A stretch of DNA of 64,000 bases from Camelus ferus (Eukaryota), in contig NC_045697.1 in NCBI RefSeq assembly GCF_009834535.1, forward strand, positions 55,492,001-55,556,000. The letters run 5' to 3'. The first letter of the stretch is position 1. Each line of letters starts with the position of its first letter. Shown here piece by piece: positions 26,324 to 39,480 of this stretch. The notes under the pieces are model-generated. The model was not told the DNA's origin, did not search any database, and saw only the letters and a program-made list of their open reading frames with translations. The position numbers were made by a program, and so were the translations under genes.

Positions 26324-28943
26324 TCCTAAGCCAGTGATGCCAAAGTGAGAGTTTTTATGTTTAGTTCTCCCACTACAAGGTGCTAGACTTAGCAAGGTGG
26401 CTGTCAGCTACCATGTGATTTTTGGCTAGAGTGAAATTAGAGAGCAAGGTGATTTCAGACATATGGTTCTTTTGTTTCTAAGATATTAAAATTCCACATC
26501 ATATTTTTTCCAAAGACTTTTTCCTTGTTTAAAGAGTACTAAATATGAAAAAAAAATCAATTCCATTATGTAAAATCACAATAATATCATCACAATTGAG
26601 AAAATGAATGTCTTAATATTTTAGTGGGTTATAACTTTTTTGATTTTCTTCATCAACTAAGACTCGCATTAAAAATAACAGAGCTTTCATATGTTTCTAA
26701 AAGAGTCAAAGAAAATATACCAGAGAAACTCTTTACTTCTTGACTGTGATTGATGTAAAGGTGAATTATGGTTTAAGTATCTCCTCTAAGATGTATAAGA
26801 CATCCAGTTTCTAAGAACTGGTTACTCTTTGAAAGTATTTTAAATCTCATAGAACAATAAGGAAAAACTGTAAAAGAAGTTCCAGAAAGTTTTTTGTTTA
26901 GCAGGCTTCGGTCCTATGCAGTTTAGCTGTGCATGATTTCCCCACAGCCTTTGCAGAAATGTTATTAACTTCAGAAAATTGTTTCTCCTCCTGCATGTTG
27001 ACAGAAAAAGCAATTTGAAATGTTTATTTTATGTTTGAAGTTTCTATTCATAAAGAAAAGGCAAAAATATTATTGTTGACTTCAATTTGTGTCTCAAACC
27101 ACCAAAAGTGCACATTCATGCAATGATTTACTATAGTTTGGGTCTGATAAATGAAAGTAATCTCACTTTTTTTCATTCATAAATACAAATTGATGTAAAA
27201 GTTACTTTGCATTTCCGTGAAGAGGAAGGAAGCCATTGTTATTTTCATTTTCACTGTGGTGGATAAAATACCTTATTCCTAGGTAGAGGTCAAGAGAACT
27301 ATTACACCCTAATAGAATGTAGTAGAATTGAGATCTTGCTCATTCATGTTAAATGAACTGAGACCCATTGCTAATTACTAACTTTTGTGTAGTGATACAT
27401 AAACAAAGAAACTCTGCAATAAAGAAATGGTTGCAGTATTCTGCAAATGTCCTTTTAAGCACAGCTCTATGGATGGCAGGCTTGAATGGGTAACTGGATA
27501 TGGTAAAACGGCTTATTATGCACTTTAATATGGTTTATTGGCTAATCAAGTTACATGCAGCTATAGAAACTATTGACTATTTCCCTTTGGTAAACTGCAA
27601 GCCCAAACACTTTCAATAAGGTAGTTAAGTGTACATTTCTACATAAGATTTCTATTGCCTCAGGAACTGTACTTCCTTTGTAATGGCTCACACTCCACTG
27701 ACCTGATTAAACTTCTAATTATACTGTATTGAATGTTTCTCTATAATGCTCACACACAAACAGAATCACACCCTTCTATGACTGTAGTTATTGGGATTGA
27801 AAAAGAGGAAAAACTTGAGAAACTCACTTTTTTCCCCCCAGAATTTATATTAACACAGCCAGATGTAATTTACTATAAAAACAAATAAAATAGAATTTAA
27901 TGTGAGATATATGTATCTCAAAGCAAAGGAAAGTTTTCTTATACTGTTACCATACAACCTTCATAAATTTAAGGGCCTTATATTATATCATGTTGGAACC
28001 AGAGCAATGAGAAAAGTCAGATTTCACTCTTTGGCTCTACTTTAGATTGGTTACCATCTTAATTATTTTGTTAGTACCAATCATGTGTGATAAAAATTGC
28101 TAAACATTTGACTGAAATAGATTTTAAAATTCATCTAAGTGATATAGATAATTGTCACCAATATTTCTAAAGCACTGATTCTAAAGACATTAACAAAGTC
28201 AAGGATAAAAAAATACATGATCATCTCAAAAGATTCAGACAAAGCATATGACAAATTTCAACATACATTTATGATAAAAACTCTTAACAAAGTGGGTATA
28301 GGGGGAGTGTACTTCAATATAATAAAGGGCATATGTGTCAAAATCTAAAGCTAACATCATCTCAGTAGCCAAAACTGAAAGCTTTTCCTCTAAGATCAGG
28401 AAAAAGACAAGAATGCTGTTCACAAATAAACGCAAAGATATCCTGTGCTCATATATTGGAAGAATTAATACAGTTAAAATGTTCCTACTACGCACAGTAA
28501 TCTACATACTCAGTGTAATCCCTATCAAAATTCCAATGGCATTTTTCTCAGAAGTAGGACAAACAATCATAAAATGTATACAAAACCACAAAAGACTGTG
28601 AATAGCCAAAGAAAGTTTCAGGAAAAATTAAAAAAAAAAAGTTGGAGGCCTCATGTACCTTGATTTTAAACCATTTTATAAATGTACATTAATCAAAATA
28701 GTATGGTATGGTCATAATAACATTAAAAAGGATCCATGGAACAAATAGGGAACCCAGAAATAAACCACACATATATGGTAAATTAATTTCAATAAAAGAG
28801 CCAAGAATATACAATAGAGAAAGGATGGTCTCTTTAATAAATTGTGCTGGGAAAACTGGACAGCCATATGGATCACTATTTCACACCATAAACAAAACCT
28901 CAAAATGCACTGAAGATCTGAACATAAGATCTGAAACCAGGAA

Positions 28944-29001
28944 ACTTCTAGAAGAAAATATACATGAGCACTTCTAGAAGAAAATATACATGAGCACTTC
29001 T
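28944..29001. repeat. Perfect 26-bp tandem duplication inside L1
   Basis: acttctagaagaaaatatacatgagc twice (28944-28969, 28970-28995), followed by acttct. Confidence 0.97.
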
Positions 29002-29706
29002 TGACATTGGTCTTGGTAATGAGTTTTTTTTTTTTTTTTTTTTAGATTTGACACATAAAGCAAAGGCAACAAAAGCAAGTAAGTGGGACTACAATGAAAA
29101 TCTGAAAAGATTCTGTCTAGCAAAGGAAAACAACAGTGAATTAAAAAGACAACCTATGAAGGTGAAGGAATATTTGCAAGTTTTTTACCTATAAAGTGGT
29201 TAATACCTAAAATATATAAAGAACTCATACAATTCAATACAGTTCTCATAACAAGAAAAAAGAAATCTACATGTATGGTGATGAATACTACCTAAACTGT
29301 GATGATCATTTCACAATATATACAAATATTGAATCATTATGTTGTTCTTATGAAATAAAACTAACAAAATTTTGTATTTCAAATATATCTCAATAATAAG
29401 AAATGAAATCCTGCCATGTCAACAACATAGATGGACCTTGAGGCTTGAGGGTATTATGCTAAGTAAAATAAATCAGAGAAAGACAAACACCATATGATCC
29501 CACTTATAAATGAACTCTAAAAAAAAAAAGCTCATAGATACTGAGAATAGTTGGGTAATTGTTTTGAGGGGGAGAGGGGAGGTAAGTGTGAAGGAAGTCA
29601 AAGGTACAAAATTATAAAATAAGTCATTGGGATGTAACAAAGCATAATAACTATAGCTAATAATACTGTACTGCATTTTTGGAAGTTGCTAAGAGAGTAA
29701 ATCTTA

Positions 29707-30825
29707 AAATGGGACCTAATTAAACTTAAAAGCTTTTGCACAGCAAAGGAAACCATAAGCAAAACAAAAAGACACCTACAGAATGGGAGAAAATATTTGC
29801 AAAGTATGAGACTGACAAGGGGTTGATTTCCAGAATATATAAACAGCTCATACAACTTAATAAGAAAAAAAATCAAACAACCCAATCCACAAATGGGCAG
29901 AAGACCTAAACAAGCAATTCTCTAATGAAGACTTACAAATGGCCGATAGGCACATGTAAAAAATGCTCAATACTGCTAATTATCAGAGAAATGCAAATCA
30001 AAACTACCATGAGACATCACCTCACACCAGAGTGGCCATCATTCAGAAGTCCTCAAACAATAAAAGGAGAGGGTGTGGCGAAAAGGGAGCCCTCCTACAC
30101 TGTTGGTGGGAATGTAGTCTGGTGCAGCCATTATCGAAAACAGTACGGAGATTCCTCAAAAGATTAAAGATAGATTTACCATATAATCCAGCAATCCCAC
30201 TCCTGGGTATATATCTGGAGGGAACCTTAATTCAAAAAGACACCTGCACCCCATTGTTCACAGCACCACTATTTACAATAGCCAAGAGATGGAAACAACC
30301 TAAATGTCCATCAACAGATGACTGGATGAAGAAGCTGTGGTATATTTACACAATGGAATACTACTCAACCATAAAAAATAATAAAATAATGCCATTTGCA
30401 GCAACATGGATGGACCTGGAGAATGTCATTCTGAGTGAAGTAAGCCAGAAAGAGAAAGAAAAATACCATATGATAGCACTTATATGTGGAATCTAAAAAA
30501 AGGACAAATATATTTATGAAACAGAAACATACTCACAGACATAGAAAACAAACTTATGGTTACCAGTGGGGGGTTGAGGGGCAGCAAGGGATAAATTGAG
30601 TCTTCGAGATTTGCAGATACTAACTACTATATATAAAAGAGATAAACAACAAGTTTATACTGTATAGTACAGGGAACTATATTCAATATCTTGTAGTAAC
30701 TTATGGTGAAAAAGAATAGGAAAATCAATATATGTATGTTCCTATATGACTGAAGTATTGTGCTATACACCAGAAATCAACACATTATAAACTGACTATA
30801 CTTCAATAAAAATATATTTTAAAAA
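29707..30825 (+). mobile_element. Intermediate-age 5'-truncated L1 nested in the tail of an older L1
   Basis: ORF 29963-30496 ([15 protein letters not shown]...MIALICGI). Tail 'ccagaaatcaacacattataaactgactatacttcaataaaaa'. Inserted at tt/aaaa of the host element. Confidence 0.92.
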
Positions 30826-33800
30826 GTCCTCATCATAAAAAATACTATTGTAACTATGTTTGGTGATGGATGTTAACTAGACTTATTGTGGTGATTATTT
30901 CACAATATATACAAATATCAAATCGCTGTTGTATACATAAAGCAATATAATGTTGTATGTCAGTTACACCTCAGTAAGAAAATCACTGAAGACTAAATCC
31001 CTGTAGTCATAGGGCCTAGTATATAATTAAAGGGGAAACATTTTCTAGAACCCATGAGAAAATAAATCAAAATATTAGGAAATGGATTGACTATGTTGAA
31101 TTCTTTATAAAAGCTCTAACAGCTATATTGTAGATGAATAACTAAAGATAGCTATAAATCAATGTTGCTATGTGGATATAAAGATAAATTCTCATACGGT
31201 AGGATGTAGCTGTATATATATATAAATGTATAAATATTTATTAATACTTTTAGCTGACCTGTTTTTATAACTGGACTTCATTATCCTCCATAGTATATAA
31301 TACATGGCCCATTTCTAATACATGTAATTGTGAAAGAACAAATCTGATATTGCAGTAGATTTAAAATACCTGGGTTTGAATCTCAGCTATTCAACATTCA
31401 ATTAACTGACTTTATAAATTTTGAGATGAATGATTAAGTCATTATGATGAGTTACTATTAAATAATGTCTAAACAAAATGATAGTCAGTGAATCATTCTT
31501 ATATTTTCTTGTTTTTATTTGGGTAATTTGTTTTATTTTTTTGGCCTTTGTGATTTCCATAGTTATTTTTTACGACTTCCTGGTATGTAAAATATGTTCC
31601 TGTGACCATATCTACATTTTTTTGCCTATTTACTACAACTACAAATATGAATATTGGAATTATTCCTTGTTTAAAAACACATTTTATAAAATATAATTTC
31701 ATTATTACAAGTTAACTTTTATATCATTATGAAATATGTCAATTCTATACTTTTTAATTTTGAATTTTAAAAATAAAAAAAAAAATACCTTAAAAGAACT
31801 TGAAAGGTATACCCAAGTCAACATTAGGCTAAATTAATTTTCTAAACTTTTTAGGCCTACAAGTTTTATTACTTTTTTCAGATTATAAATTTTATATTCC
31901 TCACTTAAATGGCTTAGATATACTATACTACATAATGTGGCAAGGAGCAAGAAAAAATGATCTGTAGTTACCTTTTCTAGTAACAAACAAAGATACCATT
32001 TTGGATGTTTTCTCACAGTATTATTTTCTACTATTTTTCTCTTCATGTAAAATTTTTTTTGCAAAATAAGCTTAAAGTTTTTGTTTCCATATAGACACTA
32101 TGTTCATAAAATCAAAAGCTATATTAAAAAAACAACTATTTTAAATACTGAATGTAGGATCTCTTAAACCAGAAATATATATAAAGCAAAAGTAAACGTA
32201 AGAAGATGGTAAAAGATTATACATGAAAACATCTGTAAACATTTTAACCCTTACTGTTCTGAAATCCTGTTTATTCCCCTAAGAACACTTGCAGATGCAT
32301 ACAAATGTAATCAGTCACTATGATCCATCTTTCAGCTAAGCTCTGCACTCCTTGATGCATCAACAGTTCATGCCAGAACAGGCTATCAGCCTCAGTTTCT
32401 TCATAACTGCTTAATCCATGTGAGAGTCAGTGGCAATTTAGTTTTTCATACTGAGCATATCCAGAAAGTAGCCCAAATTCTCAACCTTCAGAAATATGCT
32501 TTCCTTATTCTGATTTTGAAGTTATTTACATGATTCCTATCATTCAAAGAATAGTTTATCTGTTGTTTCTGTTCTCAAAAAAAAAAAAAAAAAAAAAAAA
32601 GCACTCCAAAATACTTCAGGAATAGAACTACAGGAATGTGAGCCAGAGTAGTGCAACTCTTTGTTAGAAACAGTCGTCAGACTTAAGAGCATTACAGTGA
32701 ATATGTGATGTATAAATAGTGGCCAGATGCAGACCACAATGAGCAGATCTACTTTACTAAGCATAATTTAAACCAACTCTTTTGGGATTAGAAGAGTAAG
32801 CCCGGACACAAAAAAACAAACAGCCAGATAATCCTCCCTTGGTCACAAGTTTATAAAGCAGTTATCATTATCATTTCCTGTTGTTTAGTCTGGATAGATT
32901 GCAAGTTGCATTAATCTCCAGCATTTTGTAAGTTTATCAGTGTTTTTTGAATGGAGAATTTTCATTTGTAAAATCTTTCTGTACACTGTGCACTTGTCTC
33001 TGTGATGATAACGTCCAGTTCCACTGGGTTATTTTCCCAAAATGTATATACTGAAATCTTCGGCAAAAAAGGAGATAGATGAAAGGATTTAAATGAAACA
33101 GATGCCAGGAGTAAGATGATCAGTAAGATAGTAACTCTCCTCCCTGCGTTTCTGACTAGCCTATTTTTTGTCTAATAAAGAACACTGTGTCCTGCTCAGA
33201 CCTTCTAGATACTGTAGAATCCCAAGATTTTTTCAGCATTTCTCTCTCTGTGTGTCAGTGTGTGCATATAAGAAATTTATCTTCAGACTCTTCAGGATTT
33301 TTTCACCTCTTTCTTAGAGTTGACAGTAGTTGACTAACTTAAATACCATCACTTTAGACAGTGGGGAATAAAATCCCAGTTTTCTCTAGACAGTATCCTT
33401 TATGCCAGTTGTCCTAGAATAATTATTAAAACATCTTATTTCACTCTTGAAGTAGCCTAGTTTGTAAAATAAATTATAAAGTATCTAGGGTTCTAAGCAA
33501 TTAGTGATTGGACCAGCTTCTCTGAAGTCTCTCATTTGTTAAGAATCAAAGTCATCTTGAAATCTGAGTTTGAAGAGACCCTAAGCCACATCTAATTTAA
33601 CCATATGTCTGATATTTAAATCTCCTCTTTATATTGGTAACATGACAATTTATTAAGAAAACAATCATATTACTCAGAGACAAAACTTACAGAATGTAAA
33701 CATTAAATAGATGTTTTTGACAACCAGATAAAACTTGAAAATAAAATCCCTTTATTTTTATATATTTTTGTTATTGCTTGAATGTATAACAAACTTGGAG

Positions 33801-33899
33801 AATTTCCTTTGTTTTTCCAGTATGAGCATTATGCAGCTTATTGGCACTACACTAATACTTGCATAATATATTTGTAAGTAAAGTCATAAAAATGTACCT

Positions 33900-34030
33900 A
33901 TTAAAATTGCTGAGCTCAATATTAGTATGGAGATTGGAGATAGAGGAATACATAAAACAGACAGGTCTTGGCACTCACGGAGCTTGAATTCCATAGAAGG
34001 AGGAGGCATAAAATGAGCAAGTGAACAAAT
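33900..34030 (-). mobile_element. L2 fragment
   Basis: 'tgctgagctcaat...ttggagatagaggaatacataaaacagacaggtcttggcactcacggagcttgaattc'. Confidence 0.55.
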
Positions 34031-36519
34031 GAGAGGTGAAGATTTTTTAAATCTAGACATAGACTAAAAATGTTCTGAAGGCTTTAATTTAGGAGCATAT
34101 ACAATATTTTTTGAAGGAATAATAAAGTAATTAGTAAATGATATGGAGAAAAGAGAGAAAATTATTTTTTTAACATACTATTTACTCTCCTTTATCTTAT
34201 TTCAAAGTAAATCAACAAAAGAAGCTTCCTTGTCTTACAAGTTAAGCATCTCATGAGAAGCTGCAATCAAAAAAGCCTTTAGACTGACATCCACAGAGTA
34301 CCATTTGTATTATATTCTATTTTTATTTTTCTTGTTAAAAATCTTTAAAAATGAAGCCTTGTAGAAAAAAAAACAATTGAATATGAGACTGTTAGACATG
34401 CTTTTTTCTTTCTCGAACCTCTTTTCCCCTCTATCCCTTTTTTTTTTTTTTTCAAATTTATACTGAATCCTTTCTTTGAAAAGTATATTCTAGGCCAGCT
34501 GTTGCCAGGCATAAATGTCTCCACCTCCATGGCTGGACTTGTCCCACGGGCTTCACACTCAACTGCATATTGGGGTCAATTTATTTCACAGTTTCTACTG
34601 TCATATGTGCTTGAGAGAAAGTGAAAATGTTTATTGAATTGCTTAATGGTTATGTTTAGCAAATTTGTTTGCCAGTATGCTATGTTACTCTATATGCCAA
34701 TCGGGAATCCCCTTTACAATCTAAGGTGCCCTGTCTTCATCTTTATCCTCAGAATACACCTAGGCTAAGTTCCAGGTCTTTTTTATAACCTTAGGGGATG
34801 TTTTCTCCTTAAAATTATTTCACTATTCTTCTAAATGAGGAGATAGTTGTTGTTTTGAATAAATGAATATCTGTAACAAATTCAATATTCTTAGAGATAT
34901 CTGACATGGGCTTAATTGGGCACTCCTGCAGGCTACCGGGTAATTAGTTGAATACGATGGTTTAGTAAGCCTGGACTTCTCTGCTTGGTTAAATTAATAA
35001 CTACTGGTGGTTCACTAGCAGGATTTCCAAAAGATGGTGAGAATTTTCTCAGTAATACAGCAAGGCAAAATTTTGTTCACCTGTGGGCTGCTTTCCATAG
35101 GGTATCAGAATTCAAATAGATATACTTAACTCTAGAAAAAAATGGAATAGAAAGCTTAGCAAATTCAGCTTGATAACTTCTTTGAGAAAGGTTTATGAAG
35201 AGAAACATTATGGTAACACGTGGAACCATACTTTACTAGGAGCTTACAGTAATGCTGCTGATTACTTGTCCCTTCAAGAGAAGTGACTCCTAAAAATGAA
35301 GATTGCTTCACACTCATGATTAAAGCACACACTCTGGTTATGGGTAAAGTATGAGCCACTTATCCTTGCATAATTCAGAGCTTCACAACTCCAAACTGCC
35401 TGAGCACCACTGGAAACCAAAACAATAAATAAATAAAAGCTTTTGTCTGCATTTTATGGAAAAAGATCAAAATGACAGAGTTAGCTCTAATCTCAATAAC
35501 CATTTTATCTCCCAGTTTTTCTCATGAATGCAATATAGGCCTCAGAAGTAGATAAAGAGGCACAAAAACAGTGGTTATGTTATGTAATTACAACTGAAAG
35601 GCATTTGAAGTTCATTAAGAATATTTATATTTTTACTCAGGTAGAAACCTTACATCAGAGATGGTAGATTTTTTTCAGATACATTGTTCTCCCTGCTCAA
35701 AATATCTCAACCTTCATAGCTAGAAACTATTTGGCTAGCTGGTATTTTTAACCAGATTAATACTATTATTTTTACAAATGAGTGTGCATATCTTTTAGTT
35801 TACATGTACTTTAACAAATACAGGAATATAACTTATATCTTAAATACTCATTAATTTCACCACAGTAATGCCCAGAGGCTTACACCGGCATTCCTATTAA
35901 TGTCATATAGACTCAAGAATTTTTCTTATGTAGCATAGCAAGTTACTCCTAAATCCAGAATCTTTCTCTCCATCTATTAACTGTTTTTCCAGTGTTTAAA
36001 CTGTTCAAACTAGAGAATACTAAACATGAGTATATTTTTCTTGATTGAAGTGCCCATCAACAATAAGAAAACTCAAAAATAACAAAGAGGGTTTTTTTTT
36101 TAATATAGCATTCAGTTAGATATTTATTAAATTATAGGAGCATGTTCATTATCAATCTGTGCATATATGGAGCTTGTAAATTAAGTATAAATAATGTAAG
36201 GTCTACTTCAAGTTGATAAAAAAATGTAATTTAAAATTCCTCATAACTGCATTGAAATGAGAGAAAATAGTTTAAATAAAGGGGTGTGTGTGTCTGTCTG
36301 TAAGCAAAAGAAGAATTGCCAAAACAAAGAGATAATATCAATTGAAGGGGTTGTATATTTTTTCTGTAAAGTAGAAAGTGAAAAATCAGGGGGAAAGATA
36401 AATCAGGAAGAAAGCAAAAGACAATTGAGACCTTCTCTTAAGGGGAATCATATACTTCTAAACAGAGACTAGGAAACAAAGTTGGGATCAAGTATTACAA
36501 AAACCAGAAAGGTGCTTTT

Positions 36520-39480
36520 TGGGGGGAACTTCCAGAAAATCAGACAGGGTTCTTTAAATCTACTCCCCGCCTCCACCATGAAAGTTTGCAAACTGGCAAA
36601 CATTGTCAAAATCTAATGTTTCAGAACTCTGCAAATAACCAGTTTACAACAATTTGAGGAGTGTTCTTTTCAAGAAAAATGGCTGAATTTTGGTAAACAA
36701 ATTGTCCTATTCCAATTGCCCTCTTCTTAGCATCATGATAGCCTTAAAAACCAGCAATCTTGAAACATTGGTGGTTGTGAAAATCAGCAGGCTAACAGCC
36801 ACTAGTGGGAGAAGATGGGTTTGTAGTCTTTTAAAAAACAAACAAAACATACTCAGAGAAATATCACTGTTTGGTCTTTCTGAAATATCCCTACAAAAGC
36901 TACTTCCACAGCACTTGTCTTTATTTGACTTGACTCAGACCTTACTCAGTGAGGAAATCCTGATCCCTAGTGTATATGTCAAAAACAATCAACACTAGTT
37001 GTTTTAAAGTGGCTATATTATGTGATGCAGACAAGAGGCTGGCCAAAAATCTTAAAAGGAAAATCTGAAGAATGAGATATCCATGGGAAGCTTTGAAAGT
37101 ACTGACATATTCCTGGGAACGTAGAGGTTTATGCTTACAAGCAGGTCTATGTGCATGCCTAGGAAAGTCCTTAGAAGGTCCTAACCTCTAGTCCCTGACT
37201 GACCATGGGGCTCTGTATGCATATAAAGTGAAACCTAAAGTGGAGTTGTAAAGTTCATGCCAAATCTCTAACACAACAGCACACATGCAGGAAACCTCAG
37301 CAAAATTTGGGAGTCTTACTGATTCAAGAAATATAACAAAATCTATTGGTTGACCACTAAACTAGCTGAGCATGGACTTCTGTGCTTGCCCATAACAAAA
37401 TAATACAGAATTATTCCAGGAGAGTCACTATACAAATTAACAATAATGTCAACAACATGAAAAAACCCTGGGGAGAATGGAATCTGATTTTGGAGCACCA
37501 CATTACATTATTTAAAATAACTAGTATTCAACAAAAAATTATGAGACATAGAAATAAACAAAAATGTTTGGTCCATACATGAGAAGAAAAAAATTCAATA
37601 GAAATGGTCTCTAGTGGGCCCAGATGCTGAACTTACTAAACAGGATTTTAAAAAAGCATTATGAACACGTTCAAAGAACAAAAAGTACCGTATCTAAAGA
37701 ATTAAAGGAAAATATGGCAATGAATTCACCAAATAGAAAATATCAATAAAAAGATAGACAATGAAAAATGAATCAAAAAGTTTTCCAAAGTTAAAAAGTA
37801 AAATACTGAAATGAAAAAAAAAAAAATTATTAGAGGGCCCAGTAGCAAATTTGAGGTAGAAAAAGAAAGAATTAGCTAACCTGAAGATGGGCAATTGAGA
37901 TTACACAGTAGGAAAAATAGGAATGAAGAAAAATAAACAATACCCCAGAGACCTATGAGACATGTTATTACTTTCTTTAAACTGCCATAAAAAAAATGAC
38001 AAACTTGATGGCTTAATATGACAGAAAAGTATTCTCACATATCCAGAGGCCAAAGTCCAAATCGCAGTATTGTCAAGAGTATATTCCCTTCAGAGTGTAA
38101 GACAGAATCCATTGTTTGTCTCTTCAAGCTGCTGGTATCTACTGGCATTCCTTAAGCTGCACTGCTCTGATATCTGTGCCTAACATCGTATTGCTTCCTT
38201 CTCTTCTATCTGTTCTACTCCTGTATTTCTTAAAGAACACTTGTAATTGGATATATGGTCCACTTAGATAGTTCAGGATGATGTCATCTCTAAAATCTTC
38301 AACTTAATTTCATCTGCAAAGACCTTTTTGTCCAAATAAGGTAACATTCACTGGCTTCAAGGATTTGACATGGCTTTCTTTGGGGAGACCATATTTTCAG
38401 CCTAACACAGACATCGTCAAGCATAAGAACATACACAAAATGGGAGTCCAAGAAGGAGAGGAGAGAGAGAAGGGTCACAAAGACTACTGGAACAATTAAT
38501 GGACCAATATTCAACAAATCTGATAAAAAGAAAAAAAAACTTTAATATCCATATCCAGGAGACTCAACAAGCTCTAAGTAGGTTAGATGCAAGGCAAGCT
38601 ACCATTAGATACATTATAGTCAAATTGTCAAAGACCAAAAACAAAGGGAGAATCTTGGTAGCAGCTGAAGAAAAAATTATTCATCATGTACAAGAAGTCC
38701 TCAATAAGTTCAGCAATTGACTTCTCTTAAGTAATTGAAGATGCCAGAAAAAAGCTGTATGATCTAATCAAAAAGCTGAAAGAAAAAATAAGTCAACAAA
38801 AAGTCTATACCCAACAAAATTATTCTTCAAAATGAAGAATATACAAAGGATGATAGAGACTACTATGAATAACTATATGCCAACAAATTTGATTACCTAG
38901 AAGAAATGGATACATTTACAGAAATATACAATCACAAAGACTGAATCATGAAGAATTAGAAAACATGAATAGACTGATTACTAGTAAGGCAATTGAATCG
39001 CTAATCAAAAATCTCTCAAAGAACAAATGTCCAGGACCAAATGGCTTCATAGGTGAATTCTACCAAATATTCAAAGAGGAATTAATAACAATCCTTTTCA
39101 AACTTCAAAAAAATAGAAGAGGAAACACCTCCAAACTTATTTTATGAGGCCAGCATTACTCTGATACTAAAAGCAGACAAGGAACACACATACAGACACA
39201 AATTATAGGCCAATCTCTCTGATGAACCTACAAGAAAAAAGCCTGACTAATATATTAGCAAGCCAAATTCAACAGTACATTAAAAAATAATATACTGTAA
39301 TCAAGAGGGATTTATTCTAGGAACACAAAGAAGTTTCAATATCTGCTAATCAATGTGAAATGACTGAAATTGAAGTACACTAGACAGTAACTTGAATTCA
39401 CATGAAAAAATAAAGAATACTGGTGAAGTTGGATAGGTAAATATAATATTATAAATGTATTTTTATACAATCCAGTGAGA
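36520..39480 (+). mobile_element. Old L1: 5' region and ORF1 remnant joined to a mid-ORF2 remnant
   Basis: ORF1-like ORF 38499-38720 (NIHIQETQQALSR...IRYIIVKLSKTKNKGRIL). ORF2-like ORF 38965-39147 (KCPGPNGFIGEFYQIFKEEL). Interrupted by an MLT1 LTR. Confidence 0.8.
37963..38409 (-). mobile_element. MaLR solo LTR (MLT1B/C-like) inserted in L1 ORF1
   Basis: TG...CA termini. 'ctgccataa...aaacttgatggcttaa', 'catctgcaaagacctttttgtccaaataaggtaacattcac'. agacat is repeated across both junctions (37958-37963, 38409-38414). Confidence 0.9.

Larger units (their letters stand above)
28190..30982 (+). mobile_element. Old L1 (L1MA9-like tail), internally deleted and interrupted by a younger L1
   Basis: ORF2 remnants at 28190-29240. 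The 3' UTR 'gaagttgctaagagagtaaatcttaaaa' stops at about 29709 and resumes 'gtcctcatcataaaaaa...tggtgatggatgttaactagacttattgtgg' at 30826. Confidence 0.88.
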
